56,791 nt of DNA from Desulfosoma sp. (GTDB taxonomy: Bacteria > Desulfobacterota > Syntrophobacteria > Syntrophobacterales > DSM-9756), in NCBI GenBank assembly GCA_037481835.1, contig JBBFKW010000018.1, positions 49,322-106,112 of the forward strand. Reading direction: 5' to 3'. Of the stretch, positions 21,369 to 30,577 are shown piece by piece; the stretch's first letter is position 1; each line of letters begins with the position of its first letter. The position numbers and the translations under genes were made by a program. The notes beneath the pieces were generated by a model, which saw only the letters and a list, made by a program, of their open reading frames with translations, was not told where the DNA came from and did no database searches.

Positions 21369-21535
21369 GGTCTTGTCCTCCCTTTCAAGGCATTGGCGTT
21401 GTTCCCCACGGCACTTCTTGAGATCCGCATTCCTTTGTGTTAAGCGATAACCTGTTTTAACGGTACACGGCGAGCCCGTCGTGCAAAAAACGGCCGTCGT
21501 TTTCTTGAAAAATACTCCGAGGAGATTCTCCGCCG

Positions 21536-22966
21536 ATGGAAGCGGTCATCACCCGATTCGCCCCAAGCCCCACCGGGTACCTCCACATTGGAGGAGCCCG
21601 GACGGCGCTTTTCAACTGGCTTTACGCCCGCCGTCATGGCGGCGTTTTCATTTTGCGTATCGAAGACACGGACTTGGAAAGGTCCACGGAAGAGTCCATC
21701 AAGGCCATCTTGGACGCCATGGAATGGCTGGGCATGGATTGGGACCGAGGGCCATTTTACCAAACCCAGCGCATGGACTTATACCGGGAGTACGTGCAGA
21801 AGCTGCTCGACTCCGGCCATGCCTATTGGTGCGCGTGTTCTCCCGAAGAGGTGGAACAGCGCCGCCAAGAAGCCTTGAAGGCGGGACGCAAGCCCAAATA
21901 CGACGGCCGGTGCCGGGACAAGGGGTTGGGGCCGGGGCCGGGCCGCGTTGTGCGCTTTCGGTGCCCTCAGGCTGGAACGACCGTGCTCAACGACATGATC
22001 AAAGGGCCCATCGAATTCGACAATGCGGAACTCGACGACCTGGTGATCCTGCGAAGCGACGGCATGCCCACCTATAATTTCGCCGTGGTCGTGGACGATG
22101 TGTCCATGGGCATCACCCACGTCATCCGTGGAGACGACCATGTGAACAACACGCCCCGGCAGATCCTCCTGTACCATGCTTTGGGAGCCCCCCTGCCTCG
22201 ATTCGCCCACGTGCCCATGATCCTCGGCCAAGACCGCACGCGACTTTCCAAGCGCCACGGCGCCACCTCTGTGATGGCCTACAAGGACATGGGTTTTCTT
22301 CCGGAAGCGCTGGTGAACTACCTGGTGCGGCTGGGTTGGTCTTACGGCGATCAAGAAATTTTCAGCCGAGAGGAACTCATCCAAAAGTTCGATTTGGACC
22401 GGGTGGGATCGTCCGCCGCCGTCTTCGACATGGAAAAGCTCCTGTGGCTGAACGCGCATTACATTCGCGAAAAACCGGCTGCCGCTGTAAAGGAGTTGGT
22501 CAAGCCCTTCCTGCGTGCCTTGAACCTTCCGGACAAGGGCGATGATTTTCTGGAACGAGCCGTGACCACCGTGCAACCCCGATCGCGCACGCTCAAGGAA
22601 ATGGCCGAAGCCCTGCGGTTTTACCTGGTCGACGAAGTTTCGTACGACGAACAGGCGGCCCGAAAGTTCCTTACCCCGGACATGCTCCACGCTTTTCGGC
22701 TCTTGATGGACCGCTTGGAAGGTTTGGACGGGTTTACCGAACAAGGGCTCGAAAAAATCTTTCGGGACACGGCTGAAGAACTCGGCGTGAAACTGGGAAA
22801 AATCGCCCAGCCGGTGCGCGTGGCCTTAACGGGGGTGACGGCCAGCCCGGGTCTTTTCGAAATCATCGACATCCTGGGAAAAGACGTGGTCATCCGCCGA
22901 TTGCAGAAGGCATGCACCTTTATCCAACAGCGCACGAACGCCGGTCCCGGCGCCGAAAGGGCGTAA
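21536..22966 (+). CDS. gltX: Glutamate--tRNA ligase
   Basis: RFAPSPTGYLHIGG, LRIEDTD, VIRGDDH, LSKRHG. Confidence 0.97.
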   Translation: MEAVITRFAPSPTGYLHIGGARTALFNWLYARRHGGVFILRIEDTDLERSTEESIKAILDAMEWLGMDWDRGPFYQTQRMDLYREYVQKLLDSGHAYWCACSPEEVEQRRQEALKAGRKPKYDGRCRDKGLGPGPGRVVRFRCPQAGTTVLNDMIKGPIEFDNAELDDLVILRSDGMPTYNFAVVVDDVSMGITHVIRGDDHVNNTPRQILLYHALGAPLPRFAHVPMILGQDRTRLSKRHGATSVMAYKDMGFLPEALVNYLVRLGWSYGDQEIFSREELIQKFDLDRVGSSAAVFDMEKLLWLNAHYIREKPAAAVKELVKPFLRALNLPDKGDDFLERAVTTVQPRSRTLKEMAEALRFYLVDEVSYDEQAARKFLTPDMLHAFRLLMDRLEGLDGFTEQGLEKIFRDTAEELGVKLGKIAQPVRVALTGVTASPGLFEIIDILGKDVVIRRLQKACTFIQQRTNAGPGAERA

Positions 22967-22987
22967 GGTGTCGTCGCGTGTGGCAAT

Positions 22988-23019
22988 GTCGGTTGGGGTG
23001 AGTAAAGCGAACCCCAACA
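22988..23019 (+). repeat. GTAG-type REP copy 2 (foot variant GTCG)
   Basis: GTCGGTTGGGGTGAGTAAAGCGAACCCCAACA just after the gltX stop. Confidence 0.85.
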
Positions 23020-23196
23020 AAACCCCGAAAAACCCCTAACACGAACCGCAACCGGAGACGAACGGACGCCGATGAAACCCGACGCGCGCCCCATGTCTGC
23101 GGTCTCAGCCGACGCCTCGGGGGCTTCCGCACGAGCCCGAGAGGCTCCTCATCTTATCAAAGCCTTTCCGCATGAGTGCAAAAAGGGTGGTGAGCC

Positions 23197-25398
23197 TTGA
23201 AGTACCTGAGAACGCTCCCTCTGCGGTATCGGCTCATCGTACCGTTTATCGTCCTCGCCTTCTTCGGGACGTGTTCTCTCGTCTGGCTTGCCATCCTCAG
23301 CCAAAACACCCTTATCCAGCGCCAGGAATACCAAAGGCTCGAAGGCTTCTATAAGACGTTCCTTCACACTCTGGAAATTCGGGGACAATGGGCCGTTTCC
23401 CTGGCCTCAGGTTTTGCGCGCAACCCTGAAATCGCCAGGGCCCTGGCGGATAGGGACCGGCCCCGGCTCCTGGAGTTGTGCTATCCCGCCTATGAGTTCA
23501 TGAAGCGCCATTACGGGATCTACCAGTTTCATTTCGAAATCCCCCCGGGTCGGTCCTTCCTGCGTCTGCACCGGCTCTACCAATACGGCGATGAGCTGTG
23601 GACCTATCGGAAGCAGGTTCAGGATGTCCTCAGGGAGGGGAGGGAAGTCTACGGCCTGGAGATGGGAGCCACCGGGTATGGCATCCGCGGTGCGGTTCCC
23701 GTGTATTGGCAAGGGGAATTGGTGGGGATCCTGGAAGTGGGATTTTCTTTGAGTGAAAAAATCCTTGAACCCATGCGCCTGCACGGCGATGTGGACGTGA
23801 CCATCCTTTCGCCCCTGGAAGGTTCGCCGGATCGGTTCCAGGTGGTGGCCACGACGCTGGAGGAGCGTTTCGAGCGCCGTCACCCGGCCTATAGCGGGGT
23901 TTTTCAAAACGGCTCCCAGTCCTACATCAATTTGAAAGTCGGGGATCGCCCTTACGCCTTCCTCATCAACGCCATTCCCGACTACCGTGGGGAAACGGCA
24001 GGTCTGGTGGAAGTCGGCGTGGACCGCTCCGAGGCCTTGGCCCTTACCGCCCGTTACCGGCACTGGATGATGGGACTGGGCCTCGTGGGCATGATCCTTT
24101 CCGTGGGCGCCATCTACGTCATTGCCCTCGTCTTCACTCGGCCCATCGATCGCATGATCGCCTTCGCCCGGGAAATCGCCATGGGTCGGACCGTGAGGCC
24201 CCTGGAGGTGCGCCCGTCGGGCGAATTGGGCACCTTGGCCGACGCCCTGGACGAGATGCTCGGGTCCCTGGAAATGTCCCGGGAACAGATCAAACTCTAT
24301 GCGGCCACACTGGAAGAAAAGGTCCAGGCCCGCACCCAGGAGCTGCGCGAGTCCGAAGAAAAATATCGCACCTTGGTGGAGCGCGTGCCGCTGGTGGTGT
24401 ATCGCTTGGACAAGAACGGGACCATGGTCTTCGTGAACCGCTTCATCGAAGACCTTCTCGGCATGGCCCAGGAAGAGGTTCTAGAGCGGCCGCGGTTTTG
24501 GAAGGAAAAGGTCTGGATCGAGGATCGCGATCGGATCTGGCCCCTCATGGATCAGTGCCTTCGAGAGGGGCTCGAGTTTCGAGAAGAATATCGCGTGCGC
24601 CACCGGAACGGCCGAGCCATCTACGTGCTGGACCACGCCTTGCCCGTTTTGGACGCGGAAGGCAAAGTCCAGATGGTGGACGGCTTTCTCGTGGATGTGA
24701 CGCAACGCCATGAACTGCAGCAGCAGATCATCCAAACGGAGGAACTGAGGACCCTGAGCGAGATTTCGGCGCGGCTCGCCCACGAAATCCGCAATCCCAT
24801 CGCCGTGGCGGGCGGTTTTGCCCGCCGGCTCCTCACCCGGCTCCCGGAGGACGATCCCAACCGCCAGAAGGTCCAGATCATCCTCAAGGAAATGGCTCGG
24901 CTGGAAAGTATCCTGGAAAAGATCCAAGCCTATCTCAAGCCTGTGGTCATCGTGCCCCAGAAGAGCGATTTCAACGCCATCGTTGCCCGCGTCGTCAAGG
25001 ACCTGACGCCCAAATTCCAAGGCCAAGGTGTGCGCTGGGACGTCCGTCTCCAGCCGGATTTGCCTCAGCTGGTTTTGGATCAGGAGCTCATCAAGAAATC
25101 CTTGGAAGTCCTCCTGGAGGCTCTGTTGAGCTATTGTTCCGAGGAAGGCGGCCATCTCACCATCACGTCCGCCTCGGGGACCAACGCTGTCATCTTCGAA
25201 GTGACGGCATGCGGACTCCATGTGTCCGACGACGACATCGAACACTTCTTCTACCCCTTCACCAGCCGCATGGATGAGTCCCGCCTGCTCGATCTTCCTC
25301 TGGCCAAGATGATCCTCCACCGGCATCGCAGCCTCGTTCGGCTCCAGCGCAAGGGGGAGAAGGAACTCCTCCTTTCCGTTACCCTGCCTGTGTGCTGA
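23197..25398 (+). CDS. Membrane sensor, Cache-HAMP-PAS-HisKA with a degenerate HATPase domain
   Basis: Two TM segments flanking a Cache-like domain (SFLRLH...GDE), HAMP, PAS, H-box LAHEIRNP; N/G1/G2 boxes not recognisable. Confidence 0.85.
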   Translation: MKYLRTLPLRYRLIVPFIVLAFFGTCSLVWLAILSQNTLIQRQEYQRLEGFYKTFLHTLEIRGQWAVSLASGFARNPEIARALADRDRPRLLELCYPAYEFMKRHYGIYQFHFEIPPGRSFLRLHRLYQYGDELWTYRKQVQDVLREGREVYGLEMGATGYGIRGAVPVYWQGELVGILEVGFSLSEKILEPMRLHGDVDVTILSPLEGSPDRFQVVATTLEERFERRHPAYSGVFQNGSQSYINLKVGDRPYAFLINAIPDYRGETAGLVEVGVDRSEALALTARYRHWMMGLGLVGMILSVGAIYVIALVFTRPIDRMIAFAREIAMGRTVRPLEVRPSGELGTLADALDEMLGSLEMSREQIKLYAATLEEKVQARTQELRESEEKYRTLVERVPLVVYRLDKNGTMVFVNRFIEDLLGMAQEEVLERPRFWKEKVWIEDRDRIWPLMDQCLREGLEFREEYRVRHRNGRAIYVLDHALPVLDAEGKVQMVDGFLVDVTQRHELQQQIIQTEELRTLSEISARLAHEIRNPIAVAGGFARRLLTRLPEDDPNRQKVQIILKEMARLESILEKIQAYLKPVVIVPQKSDFNAIVARVVKDLTPKFQGQGVRWDVRLQPDLPQLVLDQELIKKSLEVLLEALLSYCSEEGGHLTITSASGTNAVIFEVTACGLHVSDDDIEHFFYPFTSRMDESRLLDLPLAKMILHRHRSLVRLQRKGEKELLLSVTLPVC

Positions 25399-26374
25399 CC
25401 CGTTGCGCCTCGCCGAGCCCGGTTCCTGCCGACCCGGTCCGCGGGGCCGGGGTTCGGGAAGGGGGAAAGAATTTTCCCTGGAACAGGCCTTTCTTTTCCA
25501 TGTGGGCGAGGAGGGTGGCGAGGTTTTTCTGTTTTTCCAGAGCCCAAAGCGGAGCGACGAGCTCTTCGGGATGAGGGTCCCCCGTGACGCGCTGGACGAC
25601 GACCTCGGGCGGAAGATGGGCCAGAAAAAGGCCGCACGATTTGACATAGTCCTCCCGGCTAAGACACCGATACCGTCCCTGCCGATACCACGACTCCAGG
25701 ACGGTCCCGCGAACCACGTAAAGGACGTGAATCTTCACCCCTTGAATGTCCAAACGGCTGAGGAACGAGGCGGTCGCCGTCATGTGTTCCAAGGTTTCTC
25801 CGGGAAGCCCCAAAATGACATGGACGCACACGGGAATCCCGCGCTTTCGCGTCCTTTCCACGGCATCGACGAAACAAGCGGCGTCGTGGCCGCGCCGGAT
25901 CGCCTTGAGCGTCTCGTCGTTCGCCGATTGCAGCCCGTATTCCACCCACACGAGGTGGGTACGGGAAAAATCCCGCAGAAGGTCCAGAACGGGATCGGGG
26001 ACGCAGTCCGGCCGGGTGCCGATGCTCAGCCCCACCACGTCGGGGTCGCTCACAGCCTCCCCGTAAAGGGCGCCAAGGGTTTCCAAGGGCGCGTACGTGT
26101 TGGTGAAGGATTGGAAATAGGCCAAAAATTTCTTGGCCTTATAGCGACCGGCAAGATAAGATTTCGCCGCCCGGATCTGTTCCGTAATGGACAGCCCCTT
26201 TCGGGAAGCTCCGGTGCCCGATCCTTTGGGGTTGCAGTAGATGCAGCCCGAGGTCCCCAAGGTCCCGTCGCGATTGGGGCAGGTGAGCCCCGCATCCAGG
26301 CTGATCTTGTGGACTCGGCATCCGAAGAGGCCGCGCAGATAACTGTTGAAGTCGCGGTAGGGTTTCGCGTCCAT
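25379..26374 (-). CDS. TIGR01212 (YhcC/YtqA-like) radical SAM protein
   Basis: [15 protein letters not shown]...[43 protein letters not shown]; start may be 26380. Confidence 0.92.
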   Translation of the reverse strand: MDAKPYRDFNSYLRGLFGCRVHKISLDAGLTCPNRDGTLGTSGCIYCNPKGSGTGASRKGLSITEQIRAAKSYLAGRYKAKKFLAYFQSFTNTYAPLETLGALYGEAVSDPDVVGLSIGTRPDCVPDPVLDLLRDFSRTHLVWVEYGLQSANDETLKAIRRGHDAACFVDAVERTRKRGIPVCVHVILGLPGETLEHMTATASFLSRLDIQGVKIHVLYVVRGTVLESWYRQGRYRCLSREDYVKSCGLFLAHLPPEVVVQRVTGDPHPEELVAPLWALEKQKNLATLLAHMEKKGLFQGKFFPPSRTPAPRTGSAGTGLGEAQRVSTQAG

Positions 26375-26453
26375 GGGCATGGCCCCCCGGGGGCTCCTCC
26401 AGAGGCGGTTCGACTCAAGGGCACTATATCGGATTGTGGAAGGAAAGACGACA

Positions 26454-28343
26454 ATGAGTTCCCCCTACGACGTGATCGTGGTCGGCGCCGGCCACGCCGG
26501 ATGCGAAGCCGCGCTGGCCGCCGCCCGCATGGGCTGCCGCACGCTGCTCCTCAGCCTCTACCTGGACACGGTGGCCCACATGCCCTGTTCCCCGTCGGTG
26601 GGCGGCATCGGCAAAGGGCATCTCGTCAGGGAAGTGGACGCCCTCGGAGGCATGATCGCCAGGGTGACCGACCGGACCGCCATCCAGTTTCGGCGGCTCA
26701 ACACCAAAAAGGGCCCCGCCGTTCGCGGCACGCGCACCCAAAACGACAAGGTGCGCTACCGCACTCTTATGAAGCACACCCTGGAACAGACTCCCAACCT
26801 GGAGCTCAAACAATCCCTCGTGGAATCCCTGGTTGTGGAAGGAGGGCGGCTTACCGGGGTGATCGACCAGTTGGGAGTTTTTCACGGCGCCCGCGCCGTC
26901 GTCTTGGCCACAGGGACGTTCCTCCATGGACTCATTCACATCGGCACCGCCCACATCCCCGCGGGGCGGGCCTGGGAATTGCCGTCCATCGCTCTGGCGG
27001 ATCAGCTCGCCCGCCTGGGATTTCAGCTGGGCCGCATGAAAACCGGCACACCGGCGCGTCTGCACAAGAGATCCATCGATTTCAGCCGGTTCAAGGAACA
27101 ACCCGGAGATCCCGACCCCCGACCGTTTTCCCTCTTTACGGACCGCATCGAACTGCCCCAGGTGTCCTGCCACATGGGGCGCACGCACCGGCGCACCCAC
27201 GAGATCGTGCGAAAACACATCCACCTGTCGCCCCTCTACAACGGCACCATCACGGGCGTTTCCGCCCGCTACTGCCCGTCTCTGGAAGACAAGATCATGA
27301 AGTTTCCCCACAAGGAAGAACATCAGATCATTCTGGAACCCGAGGGGCTGGACACCGAAGAAATCTACGCCAGTGGCACGGGAAATTCCTTGCCCTACGA
27401 AATCCAACTGCAGATCATGCGAAGCATTCACGGTTTGGAAGAGGCCGAAGTCATGCGACCGGCCTATGCCATCGAATACGATTTCGTTCAGCCGACCCAG
27501 CTCAAACGCACCTTGGAAACCAAACAGGTGGAAGGGCTCTTCATGGCGGGTCAAATCAACGGGACCAGCGGCTACGAAGAGGCGGCGGCCCAAGGCCTGT
27601 GGGCGGGTATCAACGCTGCCCTCAAGGTTCAAGGACGGCCGCCCTTCATCCTCGACCGCTCCCAGGCCTACATGGGGGTCATGGTCGACGACCTGGTGAC
27701 GCGGGGGACCAACGAACCCTACCGCATCTTCACGTCCCGGGCCGAGTACCGATTGTGGCTGCGGGAAGACAACGCCGATCTGCGCCTGCTGGAATTGGGA
27801 TACCGGCTGGGGCTGCATTCCCACGACACCTTCAAGGAACTCGTGGAAAGACGCGATGCCGTCCGAAGAGAACTGGAGCGGCTGCGGACACGGAGGATCT
27901 TTCCGGCCCCCGACGTCAACGCCTACCTGGCTTCCAAGGGATCGGCCCCTTTGGAAGAGCCCCTGAGCTTGGATCGGCTGCTGAAAAGGCCGGAACTGAC
28001 CTACGAGGATGTCCAGCACCTGGCTCCGGCTCCCGAGCCCCTTCCCGAAAGGGTTCGGGAGCAGGTGGAAATCGAATGCAAATACGAAGGGTATCTACAG
28101 CGGCAACATAAAGAGATGCAGAAACTGAGGAACCTGGAGCGGGTGCGCATCCCCGAGGATTTTTCCTATGAAAAAATCCCGGGGCTTTCCAACGAAGTGC
28201 GGCAAAAACTCGCGGCCGTCCGCCCCGACACCTTGGGCCAAGCGTGCCGGATTCCCGGCATGACCCCCGCCGCTTTGTCCGTGCTTCTGGTTTACCTCAA
28301 GCGCGTCGAGACAGATGGGGAGGCGGCCGCAGTCCATGAATGA
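26454..28343 (+). CDS. mnmG: tRNA uridine-5-carboxymethylaminomethyl modification enzyme
   Basis: [54 protein letters not shown]. Confidence 0.97.
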   Translation: MSSPYDVIVVGAGHAGCEAALAAARMGCRTLLLSLYLDTVAHMPCSPSVGGIGKGHLVREVDALGGMIARVTDRTAIQFRRLNTKKGPAVRGTRTQNDKVRYRTLMKHTLEQTPNLELKQSLVESLVVEGGRLTGVIDQLGVFHGARAVVLATGTFLHGLIHIGTAHIPAGRAWELPSIALADQLARLGFQLGRMKTGTPARLHKRSIDFSRFKEQPGDPDPRPFSLFTDRIELPQVSCHMGRTHRRTHEIVRKHIHLSPLYNGTITGVSARYCPSLEDKIMKFPHKEEHQIILEPEGLDTEEIYASGTGNSLPYEIQLQIMRSIHGLEEAEVMRPAYAIEYDFVQPTQLKRTLETKQVEGLFMAGQINGTSGYEEAAAQGLWAGINAALKVQGRPPFILDRSQAYMGVMVDDLVTRGTNEPYRIFTSRAEYRLWLREDNADLRLLELGYRLGLHSHDTFKELVERRDAVRRELERLRTRRIFPAPDVNAYLASKGSAPLEEPLSLDRLLKRPELTYEDVQHLAPAPEPLPERVREQVEIECKYEGYLQRQHKEMQKLRNLERVRIPEDFSYEKIPGLSNEVRQKLAAVRPDTLGQACRIPGMTPAALSVLLVYLKRVETDGEAAAVHE

Positions 28344-28355
28344 ATTCTCATTCAT
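28336..28355. promoter_or_regulatory. TetR/FadR-like palindromic operator ATGAATGA-ATTC-TCATTCAT
   Basis: Perfect 8-bp inverted repeat upstream of etfBA-fadD; resembles the B. subtilis FadR(YsiA) box TGAATGANTANTCATTCA. Confidence 0.75.
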
Positions 28356-28520
28356 TTTCTACTTGGCTTTTTTCCGTCGGTTCGTGTAAGGTACAACACC
28401 GCGGTTCCCCGGACCCGGGGGGGCTTTATGGGACGGACCTCGAAGCCATGTCGGCGGGGGACCGCGGGCGACGTCGTGAAGGGTGAAGCGGGTTGTGACA
28501 CAGCAAAAGGAGGACGGAAC

Positions 28521-29318
28521 GTGAACATTGTGGTGCTACTCAAGCAAACGCCGGACACGGAATCGGTCATTCGCATTGCTCCGGACGGCCAGTCCATTGT
28601 GACGCAGGATCTCAAGTGGATCATCAATCCCTATGACGAATTTGCCGTGGAAGCGGCGCTTCGCCTGAAGGAAAAGCACGGCGGCACGGTGACGATCGTC
28701 AGCTGGGGGCCTCAGCGCGTGGTGGAATCCATTCGCACGGCCTTGGCCATGGGGGCCGACAAGGGCGTTCTTTTGGACGATGACGCCTTGGAGGGAAGCG
28801 ACAGCCTGGGGGTGGCTCGGGCTTTGGCGGCGGTCGTACAAGCCTTGCAACCCGACATCGTGTTGTGCGGGTCCCGGGCCGTGGATTACGATTTGGCCCA
28901 GCGGGGCCCCATGGTGGCCGAACTTTTGGGCTGGCCTCATTTGGGCCTGGCGGTCTCCTTGGATTCCGACGGCTCTTCCGTGACCATCGAACGGCCCATC
29001 GAAGGCGGCAAGGTGACTTTGCAGGCTTCCCTTCCGGCCTTGGTGACCATGGGTGGTTCCCATGCCGTGTGGAATCCGCGTTATGCGTCCCTTCCCGGCA
29101 TCATGAAGGCCAAGAAGAAGCCCCTGGAGATGAAAAAGCTTGCCGACATCGGTTTGAGCGCCGAGGAGTGTGGGGCGCAGGCGGCGAAGATCCGCATGGT
29201 GTCCTTGGAAATGCCGCCGGAACGCAAACCCGGTCGGATCATCGACGACGGGTTGGATACGGAAGGCAAGGCGGCGGCTTTGGTCAAGGCCTTGCATGAA
29301 GAAGCCAAGGTTATCTAG
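28521..29318 (+). CDS. etfB: ETF beta subunit (canonical, non-bifurcating type)
   Basis: LKQTPD, INPYDEFAVE, RTALAMGAD, PRYASLPGIMKAKKKP; GTG start after AAAGGAGG. Confidence 0.93.
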   Translation: MNIVVLLKQTPDTESVIRIAPDGQSIVTQDLKWIINPYDEFAVEAALRLKEKHGGTVTIVSWGPQRVVESIRTALAMGADKGVLLDDDALEGSDSLGVARALAAVVQALQPDIVLCGSRAVDYDLAQRGPMVAELLGWPHLGLAVSLDSDGSSVTIERPIEGGKVTLQASLPALVTMGGSHAVWNPRYASLPGIMKAKKKPLEMKKLADIGLSAEECGAQAAKIRMVSLEMPPERKPGRIIDDGLDTEGKAAALVKALHEEAKVI

Positions 29319-29374
29319 GGGTTCGGAATTTCCTGAACGGAGAGAAACGCTCTGGCAGCGTAAGGAGATGTGAA

Positions 29375-30361
29375 ATGGCCGATTGTGTGGTATCGATTGC
29401 TGAATTTCGTGCGGGAAACTTCCGTCGGGTGTCGTTTGAGGTGGCCAGCGAAGCGCGCAAGGTGGCCGATGCTTTGAATCTCCCCCTCTACGGCATCGCC
29501 GTCGGCTCCGGGGTGGGCGACAAGGCCAAGGAATTGGGCTGGTACGGCGTGGATAAGGTTTTTGTGGCCGATGATCCGGCGTTGGAGCATTACGTGCCCG
29601 AACTTTACATCCCGGTCGTCGCCTCCCTCATTGAACGGTGGACCCCTGCAGCGGTGTTCTTGCCCGCCTCGGTGGACGGCAAGGATCTCAGCGCTCGGCT
29701 GGCGGCCAGGTTGCAAACGGGGCTCGCCCAGGACTGCATCCAGGTTGTGTGCGAGGGCGGGACCGTCAAGGCCAAGCGGCCGATTTTCGCGGGAAAGTGC
29801 CTCGCTTGGTGTGAATGGGCCGATGGGGCGTTGCCCATGATTTCATGCCGCCCCAACGTCATGGACTGTAAGGATGCGGATGCAACGCGGCAGGCGGACG
29901 TGGAAAAGGTTGCGGTGGCTGTCCCTGAAGCCCGTTCCAAGGCGTTTGGGGTGGAACTGGATACCACGGGCAAGGTGGAACTGACGGAAGCGGAAATCAT
30001 CGTCTCGGGCGGCCGCGGCATGAAGGCGGCGGAAAACTTTGTCATTTTGGAACAGCTGGCCAAAGAACTCGGGGCCGCTGTGGGGGCTTCCCGAGCGGCG
30101 GTGGATGCCGGCTGGCGGCCCCATTCGGACCAGGTGGGGCAGACCGGCAAGGTGGTCAACCCGAATCTCTACATCGCCGTGGGGATCTCCGGTGCGATCC
30201 AACATCTGGCGGGCATGGGTTCTTCCAAGTACATCGTGGCCGTGAACAAGGATCCGGAAGCGCCCATCTTCACCAAGGCCGATTATGGCATCGTGGAAGA
30301 CCTGTTCAAATTCATTCCGGCTTTTACGGAAGAAGTGCGCAAATTGAAGAGCACGTGCTGA
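29375..30361 (+). CDS. etfA: ETF alpha subunit (canonical)
   Basis: [41 protein letters not shown]. Confidence 0.94.
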   Translation: MADCVVSIAEFRAGNFRRVSFEVASEARKVADALNLPLYGIAVGSGVGDKAKELGWYGVDKVFVADDPALEHYVPELYIPVVASLIERWTPAAVFLPASVDGKDLSARLAARLQTGLAQDCIQVVCEGGTVKAKRPIFAGKCLAWCEWADGALPMISCRPNVMDCKDADATRQADVEKVAVAVPEARSKAFGVELDTTGKVELTEAEIIVSGGRGMKAAENFVILEQLAKELGAAVGASRAAVDAGWRPHSDQVGQTGKVVNPNLYIAVGISGAIQHLAGMGSSKYIVAVNKDPEAPIFTKADYGIVEDLFKFIPAFTEEVRKLKSTC

Positions 30362-30577
30362 ACTGCCGCGGGCCGGCTCGGTCGGCCCGCAGCCTTTCGG
30401 CACGACCCGTTGTCGCGAGGGGTTGGAGAAGGACGGGGCGGGAAAGTCGACCCGCATGGGCCTTGTGCCCGGAGGTGCGGGATTTGGCCCTGCCCTTCCG
30501 GCATGGGATCGGCCCATGGAAGGCCTGAGAAGGCGTCTTAGGGGCTTTGTGGAAGGGGTGTCCGGAGGAGGGAGTGC

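Noticed and set aside
22967..23196. tRNA genes after gltX
   Set aside because: No cloverleaf or GTTCGA T-loop with a matching acceptor stem; the region holds a REP and its echoes.
25403..28111. 902-aa plus-strand ORF overlapping the radical SAM gene and mnmG
   Set aside because: Composite of an antisense frame and an alternative frame, Arg/Pro/Gly-rich, with no motifs.
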